Origin: Dehalococcoidia bacterium
GTDB taxonomy: Bacteria; Chloroflexota; Dehalococcoidia; DSTF01; RBG-16-68-14
NCBI GenBank assembly: GCA_041497735.1
Contig: JBGQHA010000002.1
Location: 1-33,222 of the forward strand
Reading direction: 5' to 3'
Length of the DNA stretch: 33,222 nucleotides
The position numbers were made by a program, and so were the translations under genes. Below are positions 1 through 10,104 of this stretch, in pieces. The notes beneath the pieces are model-generated. The model had not been told where the DNA came from. It saw only the letters and a program-made list of their open reading frames with translations, and searched no databases. Within the stretch, counting starts at the first letter, position 1, and each line of letters opens with the position of its first letter.

Positions 1-225
1 CGCGCACGACTCCGACGAGCGCACGTCCGTCGGCACCGCGATCGCCCGACGCCCCAGCGCGCGCACGGCCTCCGCCGTCGCCTCGATCTGCTGCGGCGTG
101 CGCGCGGCGCAAGCAACGTCCGCCCCGGCCTCCGCCAGCGCGAGCGCCATCTGCTGCCCGAGGCCGCGCCCGGCGCCCGTCACGATCGCCACCTTGCCAT
201 CCAGCCGTAGCCGCTGCAGCACCAT
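1..225 (-). CDS. Short-chain dehydrogenase/reductase (SDR) family oxidoreductase, first 75 codons only; the rest lies beyond the window start
   Basis: Not in the ORF track because it runs off the edge. Hand translation of the minus strand from ATG (plus-strand cat at 223-225) gives MVLQRLRLDGKVAIVTGAGRGLGQQMALALAEAGADVACAARTPQQIEATAEAVRALGRRAIAVPTDV... It has the classic SDR Rossmann motif TGxxxGxG (TGAGRGLG) near the N-terminus. Confidence 0.75.
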   Translation of the reverse strand, partial: MVLQRLRLDGKVAIVTGAGRGLGQQMALALAEAGADVACAARTPQQIEATAEAVRALGRRAIAVPTDVRSSESCA

Positions 226-339
226 GATTTCGAATCTCCGTCCTACCTAACCGAAACGCAAATTACCTGCGGGTTCACCCCAAAGGTCAGGCTTCAGCCT
301 GACGGTAGAGCGCGCCTAGTGTAGCGAAGGAGAGCCTAG

Positions 340-394
340 TCTGTCATTCTGAGCGTAGCGACCTGCCCGCCGCGGAAGGAGGAGTCTCGTCTCG
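340..394. repeat. REP-like short dispersed repeat, copy A (TCTGTCATTCTGAGCGTAGCGA ... GAGTCTCGTCTCG, with a 20-nt insert between the two halves)
   Basis: The 22-nt core at 340-361 matches 431-452 with one mismatch. The 13-nt tail at 382-394 matches 454-466 with one mismatch. Lies in the noncoding spacer between the SDR gene and the HEPN-like gene. Confidence 0.7.
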
Positions 395-430
395 CCGTCC
401 GAGGCGAACCGGCACGTACACCAACGATAC

Positions 431-466
431 TCTGTCATTCTGAGCGCAGCGAAGAATCTCGTCTCG
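431..466. repeat. REP-like short dispersed repeat, copy B (TCTGTCATTCTGAGCGCAGCGAAGAATCTCGTCTCG)
   Basis: Compact version of copy A, same orientation, 91 nt downstream. The GTCATTCTGAGCG[C/T]AGCGA core resembles short intergenic repeats I recall from GC-rich soil bacteria; I could not verify this here. Confidence 0.7.
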
Positions 467-489
467 AAGAGCTCCGGCGCAATTGACAT

Positions 490-1038
490 TCAGTCAGATG
501 TCAGCAAGTTTGCTATCTGCCTGGCGAGCCTTGCATATTCGTAAGCTCGTCCGGCCGAGAGATCGAAGTCTCGACTGTGCGCAGCTGCGTTACGCACTGC
601 GCGCAAGTCTTCAACGAGCGCTCGCACGTCGCTGTTAACGCGCTGACGCCGTTGCAGTTGATCAAGCAACCAAATGACAGATGACCGATCACTCCATTCA
701 ATCTCTGACCTTGTAGCCGCTGAGCGCAACGCGTCTTCGACAACAAGCCATGAGTCCAGAACGGCACCGCGAGGCGATAACTGCGCTGAGGTCACGAGCT
801 GCTCTTCGTCTCGTCCCGTCGCGGCTGGAACTATCGGTGGCAAGACCTGCTCAGCCCTGCGTTCTAACTGTTCTATCTTTTCGCCGATTTCGATCTCAAC
901 GTTTCCAGCTCGCAGACGCCGGATCCGTGGGATTAGCTCTTGTATCTCACGCCGGAGGGCGAAGACCACGAGAACGATGGCAAGAGGCCATACCACCGAA
1001 TGTATTACGGAGGAGAAGAAGTCCAGCCAGTCGTTCAA
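490..1038 (-). CDS. Membrane-anchored protein with a C-terminal DUF4145/HEPN-like domain (hypothetical)
   Basis: 182-aa ORF with a TTG start at 1038 preceded by GGGAG 6 nt upstream. N-terminal TM helix (VVWPLAIVLVVFAL), then a charged coiled-coil-like linker (IGEKIEQLERRAEQ). The C-terminal roughly 90 aa end in LRAVRNAAAHSRD, which fits the HEPN Rx4-6H motif and the RN.aaH signature I associate with DUF4145. GC is lower than the neighbours (line 841-900 = 29/60). Confidence 0.6.
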   Translation of the reverse strand: MNDWLDFFSSVIHSVVWPLAIVLVVFALRREIQELIPRIRRLRAGNVEIEIGEKIEQLERRAEQVLPPIVPAATGRDEEQLVTSAQLSPRGAVLDSWLVVEDALRSAATRSEIEWSDRSSVIWLLDQLQRRQRVNSDVRALVEDLRAVRNAAAHSRDFDLSAGRAYEYARLARQIANLLTSD

Positions 1039-1080
1039 GTACTGCTCCCGCTTGCCCTAGGTGGAAATATTAGCAGGTTG

Positions 1081-2052
1081 TCACCACCGCCCGCGTCTCG
1101 CCCGGCGCTCCGACTCCATGCGCGCGATGCCGTCCAGCGCCTCGTCGATCGCCTTGCGCTTCGCGGCCTCAGTGACATGCGTGTATATCTGCGTCGTGTT
1201 CACGTTCGAGTGGCCCAGCAGCGTTTGCACCACGCGCAGCTCCGCCCCACCCTCAAGCAGGTGCGTCGCGAACGTGTGCCGCAGCAAGTGCGGGTGGATC
1301 GAGCGGTCCAGGCCCGCCTTCAGCGCGTACTTGCGCACCATCGTCTGCACCGCCCGCTGCGACAGCCGCCCGCCGTCGCGGTTGAGGAACAGCGCGACCT
1401 CCTTGCCCTGCACCAGCAACGGCCGTCCCTCGCGCAGGTAGCGTTCGATCGAGCGCAGGGCCGGCACGCCGACCATCACCATGCGCTCCTTCGAACCCTT
1501 GCCGAACACGCGCGCCGTGCGGTCGTCGAAGTCGACGTTGCGCACGTCGATGCCGACAACCTCGCTCACGCGCAGGCCGGCCGCGTACAGCAGCTCCAGG
1601 ATCGCGCGGTCGCGCAGCTCGTTCGGCGCCTGGCCATCGGCCGCGGCGATCAGCGTCTCGATCTCCTCTGTGCGCAGGAAGCGAGGCAGCCGCCGCTCGC
1701 GGCGTGGCCCGCGCACGCCGAACATCGGGTCGTTGTCTAGCACGCCCTCGATGCGCAGCCAGCGGTAGAACGAACGCATCGTGCTCACCTTGCGCTGCAC
1801 GCTTGCTGATGCGAAGCCGGACGCGACGAGGCTCGACAGGTACTCGCGCACGACGAGCTTGTCGACAGAGGCGACGGCGCGCTCGCGTTCGTCCAGGAAG
1901 TCGAAGAAGTGGCGCAAGTCGTTGGTGTAGTTGCGTAGCGTGAAACGCGAGAGGTTCTTGCGCGCCGCGAGCGATGTCAGGTACTGCTCGAGCAGCTCCT
2001 CAGCTTCGACACGCTCGGTGCGGAGTCGGCGGCTCTCCTTCGCCGCTATCAT
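1081..2052 (-). CDS. xerC: Tyrosine recombinase XerC/XerD family
   Basis: 323 aa. Has an N-terminal SAM-like domain (LEQYLTSLAARKNLSRFTLRNYTNDLRHFFDFL) and catalytic-region motifs ELLYAAGLRVSE, HLLRHTFATHLLEGGA and LGHSNVNTTQIYTHV. Sits directly downstream of dprA-topA, as codV/xerC does in Bacillus. Confidence 0.88.
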   Translation of the reverse strand: MIAAKESRRLRTERVEAEELLEQYLTSLAARKNLSRFTLRNYTNDLRHFFDFLDERERAVASVDKLVVREYLSSLVASGFASASVQRKVSTMRSFYRWLRIEGVLDNDPMFGVRGPRRERRLPRFLRTEEIETLIAAADGQAPNELRDRAILELLYAAGLRVSEVVGIDVRNVDFDDRTARVFGKGSKERMVMVGVPALRSIERYLREGRPLLVQGKEVALFLNRDGGRLSQRAVQTMVRKYALKAGLDRSIHPHLLRHTFATHLLEGGAELRVVQTLLGHSNVNTTQIYTHVTEAAKRKAIDEALDGIARMESERRARRGRW

Positions 2053-2060
2053 TTCTGTGT

Positions 2061-2117
2061 CCGCGGATTGAAATTCGCGGCTTCCATCGCCTCCATGCCG
2101 CCGATTTCAATCGGCGG
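2061..2117 (-). terminator. Two adjacent hairpins between the topA stop and the xerC start; possible attenuator, terminator or protein-binding site
   Basis: At 2061-2080, ccgcggattgaaattcgcgg forms a stem of at least 5 bp. At 2098-2117, ccgccgatttcaatcggcgg forms a perfect 8-bp stem with a TTCA loop. The two share GATTGAAAT/ATTTCAATC in inverted orientation, so an alternative long-range pairing is possible. There is no U-tract. Confidence 0.3.
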
Positions 2118-2127
2118 TAACGTTATG

Positions 2128-4434
<2,307 letters not shown>

Positions 4435-4468
4435 GTATGCCCCTTATCATTTCCTTGCGCACTATATC

Positions 4469-5560
4469 TTAGCGCGCCTTTACATAGCTCATATTACCAA
4501 CTTGCCGCACCATGCCCTTGAGCTCCAGCATGGCCAGCGCGCTGCTCACCGCGGCGACCTCGAGGCCGCTCGTGCGGAGCACATCGTCAATATGTATCGG
4601 CTCTGCGGAGAGGAATCGCAAGATGCGGGCCTCGGTCTCGTCGGCCGGCAGGACCTCCTTGGCCTCCATCTGGTGGCTGGCCATCGTCAGGTTCAGCTCC
4701 TCGAGGACATCCTCCACCTTCGTCACCAGCTTCGCCTGGCCGTGCTGAATGAGCCAGTTCGTGCCCCGGAACGTCGGTGTGTAGATGCTGCCCGGCACGG
4801 CGAAGACCTCGCGGTTCTCGTCCAGCGCCTGACGCGCGGTGATCAGCGCGCCGCTCTTCAGATCGCCTTCGACGACCAGGATGCCCAAGCTCAGCCCGAC
4901 CATGATCCGGTTCCTTCGCGGGAAGAACTCGCTGCGCGGCTGCGTCCCGAGCGGATAGTCGCTGACGAGGGCGCCATGCTCCAGGATCTCCTGCGCGAGG
5001 TTCAAGTTCTCCGGCGGATAGACCATGTCGAGCCCGCAGGCCAGCGCGGCGATCGTCCGGCCGCCCGCCTTCAGCGCCGTCTTGTGTGCGATCGAGTCGA
5101 TGCCGCGCGCGAGGCCGCTGACGACCGTCACGTTGTTTCGCGCGAGCCCTTCCGAGAGCTCCTCGGCCGCCTGGCGCCCGTACACCGTCGCGCGCCGCGT
5201 TCCCACGACCGCAACGGCCCAGGCATCGGCGGCGGAAAGCTGCCCGCGCACGTACAGCACCGGCGGCCGGTCGAAGATCTCCTTCAGCCCCGCCGGGTAG
5301 GCGTCGTCGTGCCACGTCAGCGCGAGCACGCCCTGCCGGTCGAGCTGCTCCATCTCAGCCGCCGGTGAGAGCTTGTCGCGAGCGGCCAGCAGCGCCGAGA
5401 GCGTCGAGCCGGACAAGCCGGCGTCCTGCAACGCGGCCGCGCTCGCCTTCCAGGCGTCCTCGAGCTGGCCGAAGTGCGCTTCGAGCAGCGCGATGCGCGC
5501 GCGGCCGATCTGTGGCACCCGCGCCAGGGCTACCCAGTATTGCAGCTGGTCTCTGTCCAT
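4469..5560 (-). CDS. dprA: DNA processing protein DprA (Smf)
   Basis: 363 aa. DprA Rossmann-like core (AVVGTRRATVYG, VVSGLARGIDSIAHKTAL, TIAALACGLDMVYPPEN, GALVSDYPLGT, FPRRNRIMVGLS, VVEGDLKSGALITA) plus a C-terminal winged-helix tail. Conserved dprA-topA adjacency. Confidence 0.93.
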   Translation of the reverse strand: MDRDQLQYWVALARVPQIGRARIALLEAHFGQLEDAWKASAAALQDAGLSGSTLSALLAARDKLSPAAEMEQLDRQGVLALTWHDDAYPAGLKEIFDRPPVLYVRGQLSAADAWAVAVVGTRRATVYGRQAAEELSEGLARNNVTVVSGLARGIDSIAHKTALKAGGRTIAALACGLDMVYPPENLNLAQEILEHGALVSDYPLGTQPRSEFFPRRNRIMVGLSLGILVVEGDLKSGALITARQALDENREVFAVPGSIYTPTFRGTNWLIQHGQAKLVTKVEDVLEELNLTMASHQMEAKEVLPADETEARILRFLSAEPIHIDDVLRTSGLEVAAVSSALAMLELKGMVRQVGNMSYVKAR

Positions 5561-5642
5561 AGGCCGCCTATTCTAGCACGGCTTCCTTCGAGCGCCAGTA
5601 AGGGAACGTACCGAAAAATGCACGTGGGAGGAAGCTGGGAAG

Positions 5643-6923
5643 CTACTGAGCCTCAGCTACGTCCGGCGTCGGGGCGTCGGCCACCTTCGCGACACGCACC
5701 TTCTTGATCCGACGGCCCAGCACGGAAAGCACGCGCATCGTCAGGCCATCAGTCCTGATCTCGTCGCCGGGCGCGGGCATCCGGCCGAGCTGGTGGTAGA
5801 CAAAGCCGCCGACGGTATCGACGTCCTCGCTTTCGATCTTGAGATCGAGCAGCTCGTTCAGGTCGTCCAGGCTGATGCGCGCATCGACGATGGCTTCCTG
5901 GTCGCTCAGGCGCTGCATCGTCGTTTCCTCGCGGTCGTATTCGTCCTGGATCTCGCCCACGATCTCTTCCAGCACGTCCTCGATCGTCACAAGGCCGGCC
6001 GTGCCGCCGTACTCATCGACGACGATCGCCAGGTGGACCTTGTGCTCCCGCAGCTCCGTCAGCAGCTCATCGATGCGCTTGCCCTCCGGCACAAAGTATG
6101 GCGGCCGCGCGATCTCGCGCAGCGTTGCCGGCAGGCGCCCGGCGGCCATGTCGCGCAGGATGTCCTTGGCGTGCACCACGCCCACGACGTTGTCGACGCT
6201 TTCGTCATAAACGGGTATCCGGCTGAAGCCCCGTTCCACAACGGCCCGCAGCGCGGCGTCGACGGGCTCACTCGCTTCGATTGCCACCATGTCGATGCGC
6301 GGCACCATGATCTCACGCGCAGCCGTCTCTTCGAGCTGAGCGACGCGCCTGATCATCGTCAGCTCGCCGTTCTCCGTGTCGCCGTTGCCTTCGTGCAGCT
6401 CGACGAGACGCAGCAGCTCCTCGCTGTCCTCAGCCGACGGCGACGCTCCGCCACCCTGCCGGCCGCGCAGCACCACCGTCGTCGCCGAGTCCAGCACGCG
6501 GGCCGGCAGGCCGAACACGAGCCTGAAGAGGCTCATCGCAGGCACCAAGCGCAGGCCCCAGCGCTCGGGGCTGCGCGAGACGACGAATCGCGGCACCGCC
6601 TCCAGCACGACGAGCGCGAGCGCCGCGCCCGCCATCGTCACGGTGAGTGCCACCCAGGTGTGACCGGTCCCGCGCAGCACCAGGAACGTGCCGACGGCGA
6701 TTCCGAGTACGACGGCCACGTTGCGCGCGATAGCCAGCGTCCCGAGCATGATGCGCCGCTCTTGGATGTACCTGGCGAGCGAGATCGCGTTCGGCCGCTG
6801 GTCGAAGGCGCGCAGGCGCAGGCGGCTGATCGAGACGACACCAGCCTCCGCCGAGGTCGCCACGATGAGCACCAGCAGCGCGACGAGGAGCAGTGCCAGC
6901 CCCAACCAGCTATCGCCGCTCAT
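5643..6923 (-). CDS. Hemolysin/CorC family membrane protein (CNNM/DUF21 TM domain + CBS pair + CorC_HlyC)
   Basis: 426 aa. N-terminal multi-TM region, a REIMVPRIDMVAI...VVGVVHAKDIL CBS pair, HLAIVVDEYGGTAGLVTIEDVLEEIVGEIQDEYD, and a C-terminal transporter-associated domain (VDTVGGFVYHQLGRMP..GD). Confidence 0.9.
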   Translation of the reverse strand: MSGDSWLGLALLLVALLVLIVATSAEAGVVSISRLRLRAFDQRPNAISLARYIQERRIMLGTLAIARNVAVVLGIAVGTFLVLRGTGHTWVALTVTMAGAALALVVLEAVPRFVVSRSPERWGLRLVPAMSLFRLVFGLPARVLDSATTVVLRGRQGGGASPSAEDSEELLRLVELHEGNGDTENGELTMIRRVAQLEETAAREIMVPRIDMVAIEASEPVDAALRAVVERGFSRIPVYDESVDNVVGVVHAKDILRDMAAGRLPATLREIARPPYFVPEGKRIDELLTELREHKVHLAIVVDEYGGTAGLVTIEDVLEEIVGEIQDEYDREETTMQRLSDQEAIVDARISLDDLNELLDLKIESEDVDTVGGFVYHQLGRMPAPGDEIRTDGLTMRVLSVLGRRIKKVRVAKVADAPTPDVAEAQ

Positions 6924-6938
6924 GACGCGCGAGTCTTT

Positions 6939-8153
6939 CTATTCATGTCGATATATACGCACGTATTGGGAGGCGCGCGGCGCAATCCACAGCATGAATC
7001 CAGTAAAGGCGCTCCAAAGAACAAGGAGGAGTACCATCCAAATGGCATGAGGGTGACTACCGAGCCACCACGGCAACTTGTCGAGCGTTCTCACAATCCG
7101 ATGGGGCACGTTGTCAAAAAACTGGCTCAAGAATGCAAGGAAAGCTGTACTTAGAACAGCTACGATCGCAACTCTAGCCGCCGTTTCGTAGAGCAAGAGG
7201 TTCAGTTCTGTTAGTACCGTAGTCCTTGTAAAGGCGTCGGTTAGTGAGAAAACTTCTTCAGGGCCCAAGAGGAGGTAATAGTCGTCTGCGCTCCTGCTGG
7301 GGTTCTTCTTCACCTTCCTAGCCAACGCGTACAGAAACCGCTCATGGATCGGGATGGGATCCTTCTTCAGCTTCTTAGCCAGCGTGTACAGGATCCGCTC
7401 ATGGATTAGATTGAATACTTCTTGGAGCACAGGAGTACTTACTCCATAACAAATCACGACGTGCCTGCTTATCCTTACGTAGACAGACTTGTGTGGCCTC
7501 GACGAGTCGAAGAGCCTGTATGAGAAGGTCGTTGTCCTATCCGTCAACCAACCGTTACTCGGAACAGAATCGCCGGATCGGCTTCTGCACGCAAGCGGCT
7601 TTAGGCGATGCAACGCACGTTCCCAGAAGTTCGGAGCGATTCTGTAATCCCAAACGCTTGTTAGCGGGAAATACACGAACTTAGGTGAACTTTCAAGGCT
7701 GGATAACCAGTTCTCGAAATGCTCACGCACTTGAGGGAACTGCTTGATCAACGCAAATATCTCGCGCTCAATCTTGTCCGAATCGCGAGGACCCGAGCGT
7801 ATCCGGGTCGAGAAGTTGATCCGCTTTCGATAAGCTGAGATTTGCCACGTGCGGTCGTCAACGACCACTTCAAATACCTCCCACGGACCGTCGTGCTCCT
7901 TTGGCTGCCATGCTGACGGCGGTGGCGAATGGGGCGCTTTCGAAGGATCCGATAAATCCCAGAAGTCGTCAACATCCACGAGGCCAACAAAGTGGAGATC
8001 ATAGCCTTTGCAGCGAAACGTTCTAACGGCCACGTCGCACCTTGGACGATGGACGAATGGACCTGGTTCCGGGAATACGTCTGCTTCTACGCCCATGCAC
8101 GAGTTCGGTGACATCAGTGCACGGCTGAAGCAGATCGATGAACTCCTCGACAC
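6939..8153 (-). CDS. Hypothetical protein with no recognisable domain, two predicted C-terminal TM helices and an internal 19-aa tandem duplication
   Basis: 404-aa ORF in the track with a GTG start at 8153. The start is uncertain: it overlaps the upstream PIG-L gene by 131 nt, and alternative in-frame starts are ATG 8114, ATG 8096 and GTG 8033. C-terminal hydrophobic stretches are VAIVAVLSTAFLAFLSQFF and IWMVLLLVLWSAFTGFMLWI. Low GC. I recognise no motifs. Confidence 0.5.
   Translation of the reverse strand: MSRSSSICFSRALMSPNSCMGVEADVFPEPGPFVHRPRCDVAVRTFRCKGYDLHFVGLVDVDDFWDLSDPSKAPHSPPPSAWQPKEHDGPWEVFEVVVDDRTWQISAYRKRINFSTRIRSGPRDSDKIEREIFALIKQFPQVREHFENWLSSLESSPKFVYFPLTSVWDYRIAPNFWERALHRLKPLACRSRSGDSVPSNGWLTDRTTTFSYRLFDSSRPHKSVYVRISRHVVICYGVSTPVLQEVFNLIHERILYTLAKKLKKDPIPIHERFLYALARKVKKNPSRSADDYYLLLGPEEVFSLTDAFTRTTVLTELNLLLYETAARVAIVAVLSTAFLAFLSQFFDNVPHRIVRTLDKLPWWLGSHPHAIWMVLLLVLWSAFTGFMLWIAPRASQYVRIYRHE
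7305..7406. repeat. 57-nt tandem duplication inside the 404-aa ORF (IHERILYTLAKKLKKDP / IHERFLYALARKVKKNP)
   Basis: 7305-7349 aligned against 7362-7406 at a 57-nt offset gives 39/45 identical positions by hand alignment. The period is 19 codons, so the reading frame is preserved. Confidence 0.8.
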
Positions 8154-8847
8154 TCATCATGCCAGTCCTGGATCCAGATACACCGACGACTTCAACAAAC
8201 CGAGACTTGATACTGTCAAAGGCCTTGAGAGCAAGCGCCAAGTAGCGACTGAGGGCCTGAGCTCTCTCATCGTAGTGGCCGCGCTTAACTTGAGACCTAT
8301 GCTTCCGGATCGCTTGGAGCTTTCGCCCCGCCTCTTTGTCAATGCCCACCATAATCACGCGATCCGTCGGGTCCGTAACTCTTGTTTCGGGATAGAACGG
8401 AGGCAAGAACCAGACGGAATACATCACTACGAGTGATTTCGACCGTGCGCGTGTGCGAGCGGCCAGAGCAAGATCGTGGGCAGCGCGGTGATCTGGATGT
8501 CCCTCTCCCTTGCTCGGAACGAAAATGACCTCCGGCTGCCTCCGACGAAAGTAATCGGAGATGAGATTGACCGCGTTTTCTCGTGCACTACGAGAAAGAG
8601 AGCTGAGAGTTCCGTCTTCAATCTTTAGGTCAAAGGCCTTCGTGGCACCAAGAACGTCGCGTTCAAAGATGGCCTCCTGTCGTCGCATTTTCCTGAGTTC
8701 TCTGGGTGGAATGGTTTCGCTTCCATGTCTACCATCAGTCATGTAGCCAAACTCTACATGCACACCCGCTTCGACAAGTTTCGCTATGATTCCACCTACT
8801 CCAATGGCACAGTCATCGTTATGCGGCTGAATGCACAGTACTAGCAT
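8023..8847 (-). CDS. PIG-L/LmbE family deacetylase
   Basis: 274 aa. Has the N-terminal MLVLCIQPHNDDCAIGVGG (family H-P-D-D motif), the MTDG..G motif and GEGHPDHRAAHDL (the HxDH zinc-binding motif). Confidence 0.85.
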   Translation of the reverse strand: MLVLCIQPHNDDCAIGVGGIIAKLVEAGVHVEFGYMTDGRHGSETIPPRELRKMRRQEAIFERDVLGATKAFDLKIEDGTLSSLSRSARENAVNLISDYFRRRQPEVIFVPSKGEGHPDHRAAHDLALAARTRARSKSLVVMYSVWFLPPFYPETRVTDPTDRVIMVGIDKEAGRKLQAIRKHRSQVKRGHYDERAQALSRYLALALKAFDSIKSRFVEVVGVSGSRTGMMSVEEFIDLLQPCTDVTELVHGRRSRRIPGTRSIRPSSKVRRGR

Positions 8848-8853
8848 CGCTAC

Positions 8854-10104
8854 CTACTCTTCGGTACGGGCGCGTACGTCCCTAAAAATAGGCTGGCCCG
8901 GTCCGACCAACTCACCTGGCCCAATCTTTACGCCGGGCATAATGCTTGAATTAACGCCAACTCTGGCGCCAGCACCGACTATCATGCCGAGCTTTATCCT
9001 CCGTGTGTCCACCAAAGCGTCCTTAACCACAGACTTTACCGATTGCTGATCGAGACGGAAGTTGGCGGAGACTGTGCCATATCCCAGTAGGACGTTGTTG
9101 TCCAGAACGCTATCCCCCACATAGTTAGCGTGCAGTTGACATCCATCTCCGACATACGATCGGGCAACCTCAGAGCTGAAGCCGACTATGCAACGATTGC
9201 CCACCAGTGATTCACGCACGAGCGCGTTATTACCGACAACGGTTTCGTGCCCTACGACAACGGGCGCGACAAGCTTAGCGCCTGAATGGAGGTGCACGTC
9301 GCGCCCGACAAAGACCCCGGGTGCCTTTCGTACGAAATCGGGACCGAGATCTATGTCGCCGGTTGTAATGCGATCCAGAATTTCAGCCGTGATGTCCAGC
9401 ACATGCCATGAGTACTTAAGTACTTGCCACTTACCTGCATACCGCACCATGACAAACTCGCGCTGAGACATAAGCCGATCCAGCGCACGTTCATACACTG
9501 CGTCGGTCTTCTCCTGCTGGAACTCGTCTCGCATGGCAACGGAAAGGACGTCATGATCGCGGAAAAAATGTGCGACGATTGTCACCCAATCGCTTGGCTT
9601 ATTGGCAACCGGCGGCTTCTCTACAATTTCGACGATCCGGTCGCCATCCAACCGCAAGTAGCCGCCAGGTATGTCGCTCTGTTGGCCCGCCAAGTAACCG
9701 TAAGCCGTTCCCGCAAGAGCAGCCGCCAGCAACTCACGATGGAGCCGGGCCTCCACAAGATCATGCGGCTGAGTTACGTAGATGCTGCTGTCAGGCCATT
9801 TGCTCTGCACAATCGAAATACCTTGTAGAACGGCACCGGCCATGCCAGGGAGACCTGATTGAACCGTCACAACTGCTTCTGCCGGAGTGCTATGAGCCAG
9901 GTGCGATAAGAGGGCTTCGTTTTCCTTATTCGCCACGAGAACGAAGCGGCGCAGTCCGGCCGCCAAGAGCGCTTGAAGATGCAGCTCAAGAAGGCTGGTT
10001 CCCGCGAAACCCAGGCTGTGTTTATCACGGAGCGGCCACATTCGGGAACTGTCCCCCGCTGCAAGCACTAATGCGGCTACGTTGTTCGGCTTCACGATTT
10101 GCAC
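8854..10104 (-). CDS. Sugar-phosphate nucleotidyltransferase with a C-terminal left-handed beta-helix (GlmU-like or archaeal-type bifunctional architecture)
   Basis: 416 aa with a GTG start. N-terminal LVLAAGDSSRMWPL matches the NTP_transferase LAAGxGxRm signature. The C-terminal roughly 170 aa are hexapeptide-repeat rich (VGHETVVGNNALVRESLVGNRCIVGFSSEVARSYVGDGCQLHANYVGDSVLDNNVLLGYG...IVGAGARVGVNSSIMPGVKIGPG). Only 6 nt from the PIG-L gene. Confidence 0.8.
   Translation of the reverse strand: MQIVKPNNVAALVLAAGDSSRMWPLRDKHSLGFAGTSLLELHLQALLAAGLRRFVLVANKENEALLSHLAHSTPAEAVVTVQSGLPGMAGAVLQGISIVQSKWPDSSIYVTQPHDLVEARLHRELLAAALAGTAYGYLAGQQSDIPGGYLRLDGDRIVEIVEKPPVANKPSDWVTIVAHFFRDHDVLSVAMRDEFQQEKTDAVYERALDRLMSQREFVMVRYAGKWQVLKYSWHVLDITAEILDRITTGDIDLGPDFVRKAPGVFVGRDVHLHSGAKLVAPVVVGHETVVGNNALVRESLVGNRCIVGFSSEVARSYVGDGCQLHANYVGDSVLDNNVLLGYGTVSANFRLDQQSVKSVVKDALVDTRRIKLGMIVGAGARVGVNSSIMPGVKIGPGELVGPGQPIFRDVRARTEE

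Noticed and set aside
940-1740. Long ORFs antisense to, or out of frame with, recognised genes. Examples: 940..1740+, 2068..3162+, 3039..3905-, 4073..5368+, 5793..7154+, 11137..11937-, 12665..13849-, 14993..16216-, 17484..18884-, 20490..21611-, 24242..24904+, 26011..26739+, 27645..28478+ and 28540..29412+.
   Set aside because: Each overlaps a gene with strong family motifs on the other strand or in another frame. Their translations are Arg/Ala/Pro-rich low-complexity strings, typical of stop-codon-poor frames in about 68% GC DNA. None shows a domain signature.
1081-2052. XerC-like tyrosine recombinase as the integrase of one of the low-GC islands.
   Set aside because: It has native high GC, full XerC/XerD motifs and the conserved dprA-topA-xerC housekeeping synteny. 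It lies about 5 kb from the islet. It is more likely the chromosome dimer resolvase.
4435-4468. TATAGT-like -10 element on the minus strand between dprA and topA, as an internal promoter.
   Set aside because: It is a single hexamer match in a 34-nt spacer, with no discernible -35 element. The evidence is insufficient.
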